From Flavobacteriales bacterium (GTDB taxonomy: Bacteria > Bacteroidota > Bacteroidia > Flavobacteriales_D > Sanyastnellaceae), in assembly GCA_029245065.1 (NCBI GenBank), contig JAQWQB010000051.1, positions 1-37,065 of the forward strand: a DNA stretch of 37,065 bases, in the 5' to 3' direction. Shown here piece by piece: positions 36,763-37,065 of the stretch. Numbering within the stretch: the stretch's first letter is position 1; every line of letters begins with the position of its first letter. The notes below the pieces were generated by a model, which was given only the letters and a program-made list of their open reading frames with translations, did no database searches and was not told where the DNA came from. Position numbers and translations under genes: made by a program.

Positions 36763-37065
36763 TTAGCATCCGAATTGAATGTCGTAGATAATACGTTCTT
36801 CATGTTTCTCACCCGTTGTGAAATCAGTAAATATTATTTTGAGTATGATTTCTTTGAGAATAACATGCTGTTTAATCTGCTCTAATTGCTCATAATCTTG
36901 CACCAGACTGAAATGATAATCATCACATTCACTCTTTATAATTGCTTGGAACTTTTCCATTGAAAGCTCTTCGAATTCAGTTCGTTCATGAGTAGCGTAT
37001 TTCAGCGGTGTGAAAACATTGAATTGAACGGGTACTCTTTCCCAATCTGATAAGAATGATGCATT
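36763..37065 (-). CDS. Hypothetical protein, 5' end outside the window
   Basis: The ORF stays open to the window edge on the minus strand (...ERVPVQFNVFTPLKYATHERTEFEELSMEKFQAIIK...). No recognisable motif. Confidence 0.4.
   Translation of the reverse strand, partial: NASFLSDWERVPVQFNVFTPLKYATHERTEFEELSMEKFQAIIKSECDDYHFSLVQDYEQLEQIKQHVILKEIILKIIFTDFTTGEKHEERIIYDIQFGC

Noticed and set aside
1-37065. Search for CRISPR arrays, IS/transposase, integrase, tRNA/rRNA and toxin-antitoxin or defence-island signatures
   Set aside because: I saw no direct-repeat arrays. No transposase or integrase motifs (DDE, tyrosine recombinase R..H..Y). No rRNA. Intergenic regions are too short and lack cloverleaf-like tRNA sequence. 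No nuclease, TIR, SIR2, STAND or other defence hallmarks appear among the ORFs.

Overview
The window looks like chromosomal DNA from a Bacteroidota genome (Flavobacteriia/Cytophagia-like). The evidence is the gliding-motility ABC genes gldF and gldG, four proteins ending in T9SS C-terminal sorting domains (three type A, one type B), many Cys-lipoproteins, roughly 43% GC, and compact operons in which adjacent genes overlap with ATGA or TAATG start/stop junctions. Coding density is high, with about 40 genes on both strands. Most genes are housekeeping: glnS 3' end, oxyR, lpxB, surE, prfC, an rluF-like gene, purC, phoH, apaG, flotillin with an NfeD-like partner, an SDR, a GT4 glycosyltransferase and a PQQ-type sugar dehydrogenase. 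Between them sit secreted or hypothetical proteins. I found no CRISPR array, transposase or IS element, rRNA, or convincing tRNA. Three clear Rho-independent terminator hairpins are present, near 4.39, 10.61 and 34.99 kb. The most unusual stretches are these. (a) A T9SS type-B adhesin-like cargo gene is translationally coupled to an unannotated polytopic inner-membrane protein at 24.1-27.4 kb. (b) A six- to seven-gene minus-strand operon with overlapping genes at 18.1-23.5 kb mixes T9SS-exported hydrolases with cytoplasmic enzymes. (c) A PDZ-PDZ protein with a polyacidic region and a T9SS tail lies at 4.4-6.0 kb. (d) A SAM hydroxide adenosyltransferase plus ABM cassette lies at 30.2-31.3 kb. 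(e) The right end, from about 35 kb, is lower in GC, carries a tandem-repeat protein and has a 410-bp AT-rich intergenic gap. I did not recognise any defence, toxin or mobile system. The candidate novel system I consider most worth testing is the cargo and membrane-protein pair in (a).
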